DNA of 64,000 nucleotides from Candidatus Aenigmatarchaeota archaeon (GCA_018920345.1 JAHLMN010000006.1:8817-72816); one strand, 5' to 3'; positions 36,587 to 46,454 are shown, numbered from the stretch's first letter. The notes: generated by a model not told the origin, from the sequence alone. Made by a program: numbers and translations.

Positions 36587-37300
36587 ATGTTAATAGCTGC
36601 AACTTCTGACATTCACTCACCCAAATATTATGAACAATTTGTACGTGCGATAGATTTTATGACTCAAAGAGTTGACTTGTTTTTATTAGCAGGCGATATT
36701 GTGGATAGAGGAAACATTGAAGAATATCAAAAAGTTTTAAATGCAATGTTTGGCAAAGTAAATTGTCCTATAATAGCTTGTTTTGGTAATTCTGAATTTG
36801 GAAGAGAATATACAGATAAAATAAAAGATAGATATAAACAGATAACATTTTTAGAGGACGAATCTATAATTCTTGAAATTAATGATAAAAAAATAGGTAT
36901 AGTAGGCACTAAAGGTAGTTTAGATAGACCAACTTTTTGGCAATCAAAAAATTTACCTGGTATAGAGGAGGAATATACCAAAAGAGTAGAAAAAGTAAAA
37001 AAGCTTATATCAGAATTAAGGTGTGATATAAAAATATTATTAACACATTATGCTCCTACTTATAAAATTCTTGAAGGCGAAAATATTAATGCATATCCAG
37101 AGCTAGGTAGTCAGGAAATGGAAAAGGCTATATTAGAAACAAAACCAAATCTAGTTATTTGCGGCCATGCACATAAAGGTAAAAGGCAAACATGGATAGA
37201 TAGCATACCAGTATTCAATGTTGGTTTAATGCTAAATAATAAAATTGTGATAATAGACACTGAAAAGGATTTGAAATATGGGTTGGAAAAATTTGTTTAA
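36587..37300 (+). CDS. metallophosphoesterase (calcineurin-like)
   Basis: Motifs ATSDIHSP, LAGDIVDRGN, GNSEF and CGHAHKG. Confidence 0.7.
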   Translation: MLIAATSDIHSPKYYEQFVRAIDFMTQRVDLFLLAGDIVDRGNIEEYQKVLNAMFGKVNCPIIACFGNSEFGREYTDKIKDRYKQITFLEDESIILEINDKKIGIVGTKGSLDRPTFWQSKNLPGIEEEYTKRVEKVKKLISELRCDIKILLTHYAPTYKILEGENINAYPELGSQEMEKAILETKPNLVICGHAHKGKRQTWIDSIPVFNVGLMLNNKIVIIDTEKDLKYGLEKFV

Positions 37301-37509
37301 ATTTTAACCAACTCTGCTTTTAAATTTCCTTTTGATTCAACTATTTTAACTCTATATAAACCATCCAGACAACTTATTTCTTGACCATTTGAAGCTATAT
37401 AATCTCTTCTTCCCAATTCTCGGTCAGGTACAGATAAATTAGCGTATAAATCTCCCATACCTTGCACTAGAGTAATTTTAATTTCACTTGAACAGCAATA
37501 AATCATCAA
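37297..37509 (-). CDS. hypothetical small protein
   Basis: 70-aa ORF. No motif. Confidence 0.25.
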   Translation of the reverse strand: MMIYCCSSEIKITLVQGMGDLYANLSVPDRELGRRDYIASNGQEISCLDGLYRVKIVESKGNLKAELVKI

Positions 37510-37560
37510 ATTTAAATTTTGAATTTCAATTTAAAGAATTTTTCTAAATTTTAATAAATA

Positions 37561-37980
37561 TTATTTTTTGCTATATTCTGCAATTCCAATGCTACTTTCA
37601 ATTTTTATATTTTTGAAATCTTCTCTCCAATCTGTTTGCAATATAACACTTTTTCTACCTCCAATAGTTTTTATATTATTAGTTATGTTTACATTGTTTT
37701 CATCGACAAATACACTCAAGTTTTTAGCCTCAAAAAACCATTTGTTTTTTACAACTAAAAGCAAATTTTGATCCTTATCTCTACCAAAATTATCAATACT
37801 TAGAGAAAAAAACCCCTTCAAATTTATTTTATCTGAAAATGGAATATAGCCAAATATTAAATAAAAACCTATAATTAAAATAAAAACAACAAGAAAAGTT
37901 TTGAATAAATTGCCTATAACTTTAAATGCAAGAAATACACCTAAAACTAAAAACAATACACCTAATAAAAATTGAATCAT
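37561..37980 (-). CDS. membrane protein, unknown function
   Basis: Two N-terminal TM helices plus a soluble domain. The stop overlaps the tmk start. Confidence 0.35.
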   Translation of the reverse strand: MIQFLLGVLFLVLGVFLAFKVIGNLFKTFLVVFILIIGFYLIFGYIPFSDKINLKGFFSLSIDNFGRDKDQNLLLVVKNKWFFEAKNLSVFVDENNVNITNNIKTIGGRKSVILQTDWREDFKNIKIESSIGIAEYSKK

Positions 37981-38690
37981 GTTAATATTTTATTTTTGAT
38001 TAAAATATAATTAACCTTTTCAACAATCTCTTTGTGTATTTCTTCTATTGTTTTAGGTTTTTCATCTTTAAAACATTCAATTATTAACCATTTGTCATCT
38101 TTTGCCATTTCTAAATAAGTTCTTCTAACATTTTCCTGATATTTTAAATCTTCTTCAAATATATCCTTTTCCTTATCTTTCAAATAATCCTTTTTTTCTC
38201 TCTTAGTTATTAATTTCATCGATATTTTTGTCGGCATATCCAAAAGTATTATTAGATCAGGTTGAGGTAGTCTAGATTCTACAACATTAAGCCAATTGAT
38301 AAAATCTTTTTTATCTTTACATAAAGTGCCTTCAAATGCCATTGCAGATTGTGTATATCTATTGCAAACTATTATCCTTCCTTTATCAATATTTTGTTTT
38401 ATAAAATCTTTGAATTGATATCTGTCTATTGCAAACAATAAAGCAGCTATTTCTGGCATGTCATCTTTTTTGCCATATTCTCCTCTGAGAAATGCAGCTA
38501 CATGTTTACCAAAAATTGTATCATAAGCAGGAAAACTCATCTCTACAACATCTAAACCTTTACTTCTTAAATAATTTGCTAGTAAACTAGCTTGTGTTTT
38601 TTTACCAGATGAATCAATTCCTTCAAAATTTATGAAAAAACCTTTAGACACAAAATAAATTATGATTAAAAATTTTTTAATTTTATTCAA
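37977..38690 (-). CDS. tmk: thymidylate kinase
   Basis: P-loop FINFEGIDSSGKKTQASLLANYL, a DRY-like region and a lid. Confidence 0.8.
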   Translation of the reverse strand: MNKIKKFLIIIYFVSKGFFINFEGIDSSGKKTQASLLANYLRSKGLDVVEMSFPAYDTIFGKHVAAFLRGEYGKKDDMPEIAALLFAIDRYQFKDFIKQNIDKGRIIVCNRYTQSAMAFEGTLCKDKKDFINWLNVVESRLPQPDLIILLDMPTKISMKLITKREKKDYLKDKEKDIFEEDLKYQENVRRTYLEMAKDDKWLIIECFKDEKPKTIEEIHKEIVEKVNYILIKNKILT

Positions 38691-39888
38691 ACAAAGGTAT
38701 CCTAAACTTTTTCTTCTTAGCTTTTTCTTCTTCCTCTAATTTTTTAGCGTTTTTCTTTATTAACTCATCTGAGTTTTCTAAATTCTTTGAATTATTACCA
38801 ATACCACATGTATTTCCAACACCAATTATAACAACCTTACCTTTGCCTTTTGTTCTATCTACAGATTCATAAACAAGCTCTATGGCCTCATCTACAGCAT
38901 CTAAAACAGCTTTTGGCATAGGCATTATTGCCTCTTCTTGTCCCATCTTAATAATTATTGAATCTAATGGTATTTTGTTTTTAACAGCAACCTCTTCTAT
39001 TTCATATCTTTCTACTCCTATTCCACCCATAGCCACTCCAATTCCTTCAGCAACCTCTCCAGTTCTTTCTCCTTCTAATTTTGCTGCAGCATCAACAGTT
39101 ATAATCTTTGCTATTTTTTCTTTTTGAGCAATTTTTTCTAAAGCTTTACCAGGATTTCCTGTTCTACCTCCTGGTCCCTTTGCTTTTATTATTATCAATT
39201 CCTTATCTTTATACTTCTTTCTAGCAACAACAGTTTCTTCATCTATTTCCTGAGCCTTTTCATTACCTATAATCTTAGCTGCTACATAAGGACCAACACC
39301 ATCACCAATAGGCCAACCGTTTGCTAGAGCTTCAGTGCCTTTAAGCAATGATTTAGCAATTCTTTCAATAAAAGGAAGTTGCATTTGAATGATAAAAGCC
39401 AAATTAATACTTTTAGTCTTTTTTATTAATTCAACATAATGTCTTACAATCTTTCTTATCATATTCAACTCTATAGCACCAGATAAACCCATCACTATAT
39501 TTGCCCTTTCTTCTTCGCTTGCTTCAGGTGCTATTTGAGCTGCAAAATAATTGAATCTCTCTTTTTCCAGAGTCAAAATATGATCATATTTCTTCACAAT
39601 TCCATAAGGATCTAGGCTAACAGGAGGAATTGCATAAAATTCAAGAAATCTTTTTATGCTTTTTCTTTTCTTTTTATCAACATCTTTTAACTTTTTCAAA
39701 ACCTCATTTTCAGCTTTCAAAGCCATTCTATCAAGTTCAGCAGCACTCTGCTCTAACTTTAGCATTGTTTGTTGAACCATTATTTTTGAATACAATGAAA
39801 TGAAGAGTATGAATATAATTATGCTTATTATTTGCCCTATTACACCACCGTCTGATTGTCCTGTCAGATAGTTTAAAATATTAACCAC
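38683..39888 (-). CDS. conserved archaeal membrane-anchored protein (possibly DUF1512-like)
   Basis: N-terminal TM helix, coiled coil, then a Gly-rich conserved core (GWPIGDGVGPYVAAKIIG, AKGPGGRTGNPGKA, GVGNTCGIGNN). Family attribution is uncertain. Confidence 0.4.
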   Translation of the reverse strand: MVNILNYLTGQSDGGVIGQIISIIIFILFISLYSKIMVQQTMLKLEQSAAELDRMALKAENEVLKKLKDVDKKKRKSIKRFLEFYAIPPVSLDPYGIVKKYDHILTLEKERFNYFAAQIAPEASEEERANIVMGLSGAIELNMIRKIVRHYVELIKKTKSINLAFIIQMQLPFIERIAKSLLKGTEALANGWPIGDGVGPYVAAKIIGNEKAQEIDEETVVARKKYKDKELIIIKAKGPGGRTGNPGKALEKIAQKEKIAKIITVDAAAKLEGERTGEVAEGIGVAMGGIGVERYEIEEVAVKNKIPLDSIIIKMGQEEAIMPMPKAVLDAVDEAIELVYESVDRTKGKGKVVIIGVGNTCGIGNNSKNLENSDELIKKNAKKLEEEEKAKKKKFRIPLFE

Positions 39889-39966
39889 TTAAACACCTGT
39901 TTTTGAAATGGTAATAAACTTATATAAATATATTGTTAATTTATCATAAATTTAATTGGGAGTTAC

Positions 39967-40659
39967 ATGGAAAATAAATTCATAATAACATTTATCGCAA
40001 TAATAATTCTAGTAGCTTTATTTTTGGCATCCCCTAGAGGTAAAGAATTTCTTGAAAAATCAAAATTAAAGGACAAACTAAGTGTAATAGGAAATTTTTT
40101 TAAAAGTCTTACAGGCAAAGTAACTTCAGTAAAAAACAATGAAGGATCTAGAATTCAAATAAAATTGTCTGGAGTAGATCCTACCTATATGAATAATCAA
40201 CAATTGAATTTAGACGAATCAGAATTTTCGATAAGTTTAAAGGCAGAATCTGCAAATTTAGATGCAATGACTTTATCTTTTAAAGCAAATGCAGATATAT
40301 ATTCTTCCAGTTTTAAAGGAAAAATTACCTATTCGCAAGATAAAATCACCTTAGAAGGTAAGGCAAATGATATAGGAATAGATAATTTTGTTGTAAATAA
40401 AACAGACATATCTTTTACTATAACTGGAAAACCAACAAATTATAAAATAACAAACATTAAAAAAGACTTTATTTCTTTCACTGAAGTTTCTGGTAGCTTA
40501 ACATGGGCAGGTTTGAAAACACCAGCAATGCTCCAGAAAGATAAACTTGATTTATATGATTTTAGTGGCACAATTGAAGAGAAAAACGGTTTAATATATA
40601 TTGAAGGCACAGTAACATACATGAAATTAAATAATGTTCCTATAGGAATTTTCAAATAA
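39967..40659 (+). CDS. secreted beta-rich hypothetical protein
   Basis: N-terminal TM/signal segment, then an S/T/N-rich domain. Confidence 0.35.
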   Translation: MENKFIITFIAIIILVALFLASPRGKEFLEKSKLKDKLSVIGNFFKSLTGKVTSVKNNEGSRIQIKLSGVDPTYMNNQQLNLDESEFSISLKAESANLDAMTLSFKANADIYSSSFKGKITYSQDKITLEGKANDIGIDNFVVNKTDISFTITGKPTNYKITNIKKDFISFTEVSGSLTWAGLKTPAMLQKDKLDLYDFSGTIEEKNGLIYIEGTVTYMKLNNVPIGIFK

Positions 40660-40661
40660 AG

Positions 40662-41744
40662 CTAAAAAGGTCTATTCTCTCTTCTTAATTTAAAAATAAT
40701 CGAAATATTCCCTGCTTTATTTATCAAATCATGATAGAAATTTTCTAAATCTTCTTGTGTCAATTTTGCTCTTTGATCTGCTTCAATTAAAACAGCAGGT
40801 AAACCATACCCGGCATGACCACTTGTTGAGATTAAAAATTCAGAAATTTTATCTGCCAATTTGGTTGGTTCATCGTTTGCAATAAAATCAACTCTTATCG
40901 GTCTATCAAATTCTGCTGTTCTTAAATAAAAACTCATAAATTTGTCTGCCATTTTGTTGAATTCTTTTATTATTGGATGATGCTCAGGATCAGATGTATA
41001 GTTGAATACACATGTCCTTTCTGATTTTTTTAAAATATAATGAAGAACATTACTATCTCTAGATTTTGCTATTATATCAACACTTTCCTTTGGTAAAACG
41101 TCTTGAAGAAAACTAAAAACTCTTCTTATAAGAATATCACAAAACTTGTTACCTCTGCTATCTTCAATCACTCCCGCTACAACTGTATCTTTGATTGATT
41201 CAAAAAATTCTTTATATTTTTCTATCAGTCTTTTATAATATTCTTTTGCAAATTCATTGTCTGGTTTTGTTATATAATGTGGTATTACTGATCCATCCAA
41301 AAGAATCATATCAGGTTTAAATTTTTCTAAAGATTCTATGGCTATTTCTATTTCTTTTGTTTGTCTTATGAAATTGAAGCAATAAGCTAAATCTATTTCA
41401 GACAAAGCCTCTATTATAGTAGCTCTATCAGGTTCAGGTATAGAAGATGGATGATAGTCTATCTTTATTAAAGACCCATTTTTATAGATAAAATTCACAC
41501 CAACCGCTCTATAAGCCAATAAATCTAGTCCATGTAAGCTAGCTTTTACTATACCTCCATCAACACCAACAACATTTATATCTTTCATTGATTTGTCTAC
41601 AGCAACTATTATCTTTTTTTCAGGAATTTCTTCATTAGGTCCTATATCAAAGTTATTATTTATTTTTCTTACTTCTTTACCAACTAATTCCTTCATTTTT
41701 TCAATATTCCTAAGGCGATTCACAATTTGCTCAAAATCTTGCAT
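40662..41744 (-). CDS. nurA: NurA-like 5'-3' nuclease (no adjacent HerA)
   Basis: VVGVDGGIV and MILLDGSVIPHY (DGS-type) motifs. Length matches the NurA domain. Confidence 0.45.
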   Translation of the reverse strand: MQDFEQIVNRLRNIEKMKELVGKEVRKINNNFDIGPNEEIPEKKIIVAVDKSMKDINVVGVDGGIVKASLHGLDLLAYRAVGVNFIYKNGSLIKIDYHPSSIPEPDRATIIEALSEIDLAYCFNFIRQTKEIEIAIESLEKFKPDMILLDGSVIPHYITKPDNEFAKEYYKRLIEKYKEFFESIKDTVVAGVIEDSRGNKFCDILIRRVFSFLQDVLPKESVDIIAKSRDSNVLHYILKKSERTCVFNYTSDPEHHPIIKEFNKMADKFMSFYLRTAEFDRPIRVDFIANDEPTKLADKISEFLISTSGHAGYGLPAVLIEADQRAKLTQEDLENFYHDLINKAGNISIIFKLRRENRPF

Positions 41745-41768
41745 AAAAATAATTTCTATTTCAAATAT

Positions 41769-41927
41769 TTAGCCATAAAACTTTAGAATTACTTCTAAAA
41801 CTATCAAACCTACAGTAAAGTAAACGACATATTCTGGTTTTATCTTTATTGTTTCTTTCGGCTCTTCACTATATCTAACTATACCAGCCATACCAGATGG
41901 TATTCTTGCTTGATCTTTTTTGCTCAT
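41769..41927 (-). CDS. secG: preprotein translocase subunit Sec61beta (SecG)
   Basis: Unlisted 52-aa ORF MSKKDQARIPSGMAGIVRYSEEPKETIKIKPEYVVYFTVGLIVLEVILKFYG. Matches the archaeal Sec61beta consensus (SGAGL-RYxEE...IKIxPExV plus a C-terminal TM helix). Confidence 0.65.
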   Translation of the reverse strand: MSKKDQARIPSGMAGIVRYSEEPKETIKIKPEYVVYFTVGLIVLEVILKFYG

Positions 41928-41965
41928 AGCAACCAACTAAATATTATTGTAGATAAAAATAAAAA

Positions 41966-42212
41966 GGTGTGTTGGTATAGCCCATCTTCTGTTTTAGATA
42001 GCATCCGTCTAAGCGCCAAAGCTTGCACTTCACAGGCTTTCCCGGTCCGTTTCATCCTTTGCTGCCAGACGTCTTTTTACATTCATTCCATATAGGCAGA
42101 AAGGTATCGTTTCTGATACCGGAAAGACAGCTCTCGCCGTCTTTAGCCTCCATGGATGGAACTTCCTCACCTTTCTTTTGAGGGAAAGGCGAAGCTATCT
42201 TACCAACTCACC
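41966..42212 (-). ncRNA. rnpB: candidate RNase P RNA (reduced, about 250 nt)
   Basis: On the minus strand, 5' GGUGAGUUGG pairs with 3' CCAACACACC (P1). CCUUUC...GAAAGG forms a P3 hairpin. GAGGAAGUUCCAUCCAUGGAGGCUA resembles CR-I (AGGAAAGUCCGGGCUCCAUAGGGCA). ACAGAAGAUGGGCUAUACC resembles CR-V (ACAGAAnnnGGCUUA). CCAUC/GAUGG can form P4. Confidence 0.5.
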
Positions 42213-42287
42213 TTTATTTATAATGATTCAAATCATATTTAAAAATTTGATGCTATGTTTATTTTTATCTAAAACAATACTTTTTTT

Positions 42288-43094
42288 GTGAAAGGAGACA
42301 GTTTTTTCGTTAAATCAATCTATCTGATTTTAATAATATTGGCAGTAGCTTTCTTCATAAATAGACTTGTGTCAGTAAACATAACAAATATGAAAATCGA
42401 GAAAATAGACGAGTTTGAAAATAATGTGAAAATAATATATAATAAACTTTTATCAGAAGATTGTTTAGGTTATAAGGAAGAAGCAAATATAAACAATCAA
42501 AAATTAAACATAACTTCCCATAAAATAATAGATAAAAATAAGCTAGATATTTTTGTCGAAAAATATGCTGATACAGAGCCTATTTGTGCAATAGACGGAT
42601 ATTATGGATATAGAGTAGAAATAACATCACCCGGATTTTATTTTTCCACATATCCTAATGAAATAACAAAAGAAACAGTAGAAGTTGAAAAAGATGAAGA
42701 ATCATGGAGTTTTGGTCAAAATGTTTTTTCAGAAGGTGATGCATTTGAAAGGCAAACAGAAATTGTTATGCCAGTCACAATTTTTTATTCACATGATAAA
42801 TTTATTCCCGCTCAAATGAAAATAATATTTTCTAGTGGGGATATAGAAAAACTATCTAGTTTTATTGATAGATCATGTAATTCTTTAGGTTTTGATGGTA
42901 TTGATATGGAGATACATTATCCTGTTTATTTGAAAGATAATAATGAAAAATACATATGTATGAGATTTCCTCAGGGTGAAAAATGTCAAAAATTGTTGTG
43001 TAATAAAGACATAGAATTTCCATCTATAGAAAAACCTGGTTATTATTCTTTAAGATCAAATTCACAAAATAATAAAATAAAAATATCGGGATGA
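42288..43094 (+). CDS. secreted/surface hypothetical protein
   Basis: N-terminal MKGDSFFVKSIYLILIILAVAFFI anchor. Several Cys. Confidence 0.4.
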   Translation: MKGDSFFVKSIYLILIILAVAFFINRLVSVNITNMKIEKIDEFENNVKIIYNKLLSEDCLGYKEEANINNQKLNITSHKIIDKNKLDIFVEKYADTEPICAIDGYYGYRVEITSPGFYFSTYPNEITKETVEVEKDEESWSFGQNVFSEGDAFERQTEIVMPVTIFYSHDKFIPAQMKIIFSSGDIEKLSSFIDRSCNSLGFDGIDMEIHYPVYLKDNNEKYICMRFPQGEKCQKLLCNKDIEFPSIEKPGYYSLRSNSQNNKIKISG

Positions 43095-43099
43095 TTTAA

Positions 43100-44626
43100 T
43101 TGAAAGGGCAATCAAAAGAGTTAGTAGAATTAACAATAGTTGTTGTTATAATTATTGTTATAGGTTTAATAACATACTTCTTTTTATCTTCTAGAACAAT
43201 AAGCAAAAAGAATATTCAAGTAGAAGAAAAACAATTTTATCATATAGGAGATGTAAGCAAAAACATTTTTTACACCAAAATTCCGGGGATAGATAAAACA
43301 TTATCTCAGCTTTTATCTGATAGAATGATGAGTGAGAGCGATGAAATATTTTATGGTGAAGGTTACGGCATAATTAATGTTGCAGATTTTGTAAATTATT
43401 ATCTTAGCCAATATTATTCAGAAAATTGGAACTTGACCGTAATTTTAATTTTAAGAAATATTAATCCCATGTGGTTTCCTAATTCAGAAAGTTCAACAAT
43501 ATCAAAAGTTAGTTCGTCTGATGGCTTTGAAATGGCAAGATATTACACAGTTCCAGATAATTTATTCCCAAATATAAAAGGAAATCCATCTAGAATTGGT
43601 GTAGACAGCAAAGGTAATGCTTGGATAGGTAACAGAGAATATCCCAGCATAGTTAAAATAGGTTTAAAGGAAAATGGTCAATGTGTAGATAAAAATCGAA
43701 ATGGAATAATAGATACTTCTTTTGATAAAAATCGAAATGGAATAATAGATCAAGATGAAATACTACCATTCAATCAAGATGAATGTATATTGAAAAATAT
43801 TGAGTTTCGAAATGTCCAGGGAAAATATTTTGTAAGGGCTGTTTGTATTGATAAAAATGATAATGTATACGCTGGTTTATTTGATGCAAAAAAAATGTTT
43901 TATATTGATGGCAAGACAGGAGAAATAATAAAAGAGAAAGAAATGCCATCAACTCTTTATGGTTGTTTTGTTGATAAAAATAATAAAGTATGGTTTTCTA
44001 CTCTAAGTCCTGCACTAATTCTCTATGATCCATCAACAGATAATGTATTTAATTTTGATTTAGGCAGCTGCACAAATTATGGTATATCACCTTGCAGAAA
44101 ATCTGATTGTATGTTAGTGAACTGCCACGAAGAATATAAGATAATAAAAATTAGCACATCTAAAGAAGATTTTGGCAAAATAATACAAACAATAAATGTT
44201 GAGTTTGATGGCGGTAAAGGTATAATAACTGATGAAGAAGACAATATATATACAGTTTTTTCGAAGAGTAATAAGATAGCAAAATATGATTCAAATGGAA
44301 ATTTTATTAAAAGCGCAGATACTTGTAACACAGTTCATGGCGTAGGTATAGATTCAGAAAAGAAAGTATGGGTCGCATGCTCAGATAGTTATGTAGTTTC
44401 TTATGATGAAAACTTGAATTTTCTTTCAAGTCATTCTTTTGGTGATATTCATTATGTATACAACTTCTTTACAGATTATAATGTAAAGATAAACGAAATA
44501 AAAAATATAGCATCATATGGAAAAAATTTTAATGATATAGATCCATCACGAATAAGAACATTCCATTTTCCAATACCTTTACCTGGATCATCAATGTATG
44601 CTGAGGCGATTTTGTATGTTTGGTAA
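43100..44626 (+). CDS. surface beta-propeller-repeat protein with class-III (pilin-like) signal peptide and DxNxNGxID calcium-binding-like repeats
   Basis: N-terminus MKGQSKELVELTIVVVIIIVIG (KGQ-cleavage type). Two copies of DKNRNGIID encoded by a 27-nt direct repeat (43688..43750). Repeated propeller-blade-like motifs (GVDSKGNAWIGN, DKNDNVYAG, DKNNKVWFS, DEEDNIYTV, GIDSEKKVWVA). Confidence 0.5.
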   Translation: MKGQSKELVELTIVVVIIIVIGLITYFFLSSRTISKKNIQVEEKQFYHIGDVSKNIFYTKIPGIDKTLSQLLSDRMMSESDEIFYGEGYGIINVADFVNYYLSQYYSENWNLTVILILRNINPMWFPNSESSTISKVSSSDGFEMARYYTVPDNLFPNIKGNPSRIGVDSKGNAWIGNREYPSIVKIGLKENGQCVDKNRNGIIDTSFDKNRNGIIDQDEILPFNQDECILKNIEFRNVQGKYFVRAVCIDKNDNVYAGLFDAKKMFYIDGKTGEIIKEKEMPSTLYGCFVDKNNKVWFSTLSPALILYDPSTDNVFNFDLGSCTNYGISPCRKSDCMLVNCHEEYKIIKISTSKEDFGKIIQTINVEFDGGKGIITDEEDNIYTVFSKSNKIAKYDSNGNFIKSADTCNTVHGVGIDSEKKVWVACSDSYVVSYDENLNFLSSHSFGDIHYVYNFFTDYNVKINEIKNIASYGKNFNDIDPSRIRTFHFPIPLPGSSMYAEAILYVW

Positions 44627-46454
44627 AAAATCTCAAAGCAGTTTAATAATAATTGTAGGTATAATATCAGTTGCGGTTTTATTGTGGATTTTTAATTTGT
44701 ATAAACAAACTTCAGATACAAAAGAATTTCTAAAAAATCTAAAAATATCTAAAATTCAAGAATATTTAGAAATGTTTAAAGGGTATACTAGAAATTCTCT
44801 TATACTATCAGCTCACAAATCTACAATTGAGATATCTAAAAAAGGTGGAAATCCTTTTAGAGAACCTATAAGAACATGGATATGTACAGATCCAATTTAT
44901 CCTAGTGTTAATGAGATAAGATATTTCTTATCAGAATCAACAAAAAATTCATTGAATTCTTATCTTTTGAACGCAAATAAAAGTAAGCAAACAGAGGATA
45001 TTAAAATTCTAATAGATCCATCTACTTGTGTAGATTATGATGTTTCAGATTCTAGTTTGATGAAAGGAGAGAATGATGAAAAGTTTAATGTAGGTGCTTA
45101 TGGAAGTCATATATATATAAATTATGATTTTGATGCTGTAAATTCAACAAATAGCGTTTATGAAGAAATTACAAGAGATAGATTTTGGTATATTTATAGA
45201 AATTTTAGAGAATGGGCAAGCAAAAATACTTTTAAAAAATATGTATGTCAATGCATGAATTTAATTTGTAAATGCGATAAATCTGGATCATGCAGTGAGA
45301 AATGTCTTGTTTTTGAAGAATGCATAAACAATGCATTAAACAATGCATTAAATGATTTGCAAAAAAGTTTTGATGAATATGTAGAGTGTGGTTATGTGAA
45401 AAATTGTTGTTATCAAGAAAAACAAAGTTGCGGTGATGTTGCTGGTTGTACTAATTGGGAAAATCCGCCTCAATGTAATAAATGCAATTATGGAAATCCT
45501 GACAAGTTGTGTACAGCAAATGATTTGACACTTTCATCTAATGAGAAGAAGTCTTATTTCTATGAAGAGTACTATACACCAAGAATGGCCCTTCCACAAG
45601 AACCAGAAGATACATGCGCTGACAAAAAAGTTGAAATGTGGAATACAGTAAAAGCATCCACAGAGGCAATATTTTCATGTGTTGATAAAAAGTATGTTTT
45701 GTCAAGTCCGGAAAAATACATAACTTTTAATGTTCATGTTCAAATGTCTCTTCAGTCTCGACAATGCTATAGCGAAGGTCAATGTACATGTAAATGGAAT
45801 TGTGAAATAAATCCATCTACAGGAAAATGCTTGGATGGTAAAGAGCCGAAATGTTTAGAATGCGTGCCGACAGAGCTAGCTGGACACTGGTGCACCGAAT
45901 GTAAAGCTTCATCATCAAAACCAGTCTCAGAACCTATTGCATTAGATTTTAAACAAGTAAATGTACCAATAAACTATAAAACTTATAGTGGTAACTATCA
46001 ACAAATTTTTGAACAAATAAAATCAGAAATGGGCTTGAATGTAAATTTATATAATGATGTCGGATGTATAAAAATATCTGATTCGGCTTGGTGTTGGACT
46101 ACATCGGAGGGATGCAATGGTTTTGGTGTATATTGTAAATTTAATGTTTTACAAAAATTACCTGAAGAAAAATTAAATATTTTATTTAGACATGAGCTAA
46201 CTCATGTTGTTCAAAGTTTATATTATCATTGTAATTCAAGAACTCAGCTAGAATGGGGAGCTGATTATTATGCTGGAAGCAATTATTATGATTTCAAATT
46301 TAATGACGACACCAATTGCATTAAAGCTCCAGAAGTAACACAAGAACTTTTGGGCAAATGGTGCACTGAAGATGAAATAAAAAAAGCAGCTATATGTGAC
46401 CCTTCCATTTCTGTGAATTGCTTAAATGCTTTCAAATCATTACATTTCTGTTAA
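44598..46454 (+). CDS. large Cys-rich secreted/surface protein
   Basis: N-terminal hydrophobic anchor, more than 40 Cys in 618 aa, and an internal NNALNNALND coding repeat. No family assigned. Confidence 0.45.
   Translation: MLRRFCMFGKKSQSSLIIIVGIISVAVLLWIFNLYKQTSDTKEFLKNLKISKIQEYLEMFKGYTRNSLILSAHKSTIEISKKGGNPFREPIRTWICTDPIYPSVNEIRYFLSESTKNSLNSYLLNANKSKQTEDIKILIDPSTCVDYDVSDSSLMKGENDEKFNVGAYGSHIYINYDFDAVNSTNSVYEEITRDRFWYIYRNFREWASKNTFKKYVCQCMNLICKCDKSGSCSEKCLVFEECINNALNNALNDLQKSFDEYVECGYVKNCCYQEKQSCGDVAGCTNWENPPQCNKCNYGNPDKLCTANDLTLSSNEKKSYFYEEYYTPRMALPQEPEDTCADKKVEMWNTVKASTEAIFSCVDKKYVLSSPEKYITFNVHVQMSLQSRQCYSEGQCTCKWNCEINPSTGKCLDGKEPKCLECVPTELAGHWCTECKASSSKPVSEPIALDFKQVNVPINYKTYSGNYQQIFEQIKSEMGLNVNLYNDVGCIKISDSAWCWTTSEGCNGFGVYCKFNVLQKLPEEKLNILFRHELTHVVQSLYYHCNSRTQLEWGADYYAGSNYYDFKFNDDTNCIKAPEVTQELLGKWCTEDEIKKAAICDPSISVNCLNAFKSLHFC

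Noticed and set aside
41769-41927. Apparent frameshift in sec61beta
   Set aside because: This came from my own mis-transcription of a line break. Re-reading the sequence gives an intact 52-codon ORF.
41966-42212. SRP (7S) RNA as the identity of the structured RNA next to sec61beta
   Set aside because: No helix-8 AGCAGCC/GNAR-type motif is found. The CR-I-like and CR-V-like motifs plus P1/P3/P4 pairing fit RNase P RNA better. An Rfam search is needed to settle it.
43688-43750. Perfect 27-nt direct repeat as a possible mobile-element or CRISPR-like repeat
   Set aside because: It is in frame inside a gene and encodes duplicated DKNRNGIID calcium-binding-like motifs. There are only two copies and no spacer architecture.
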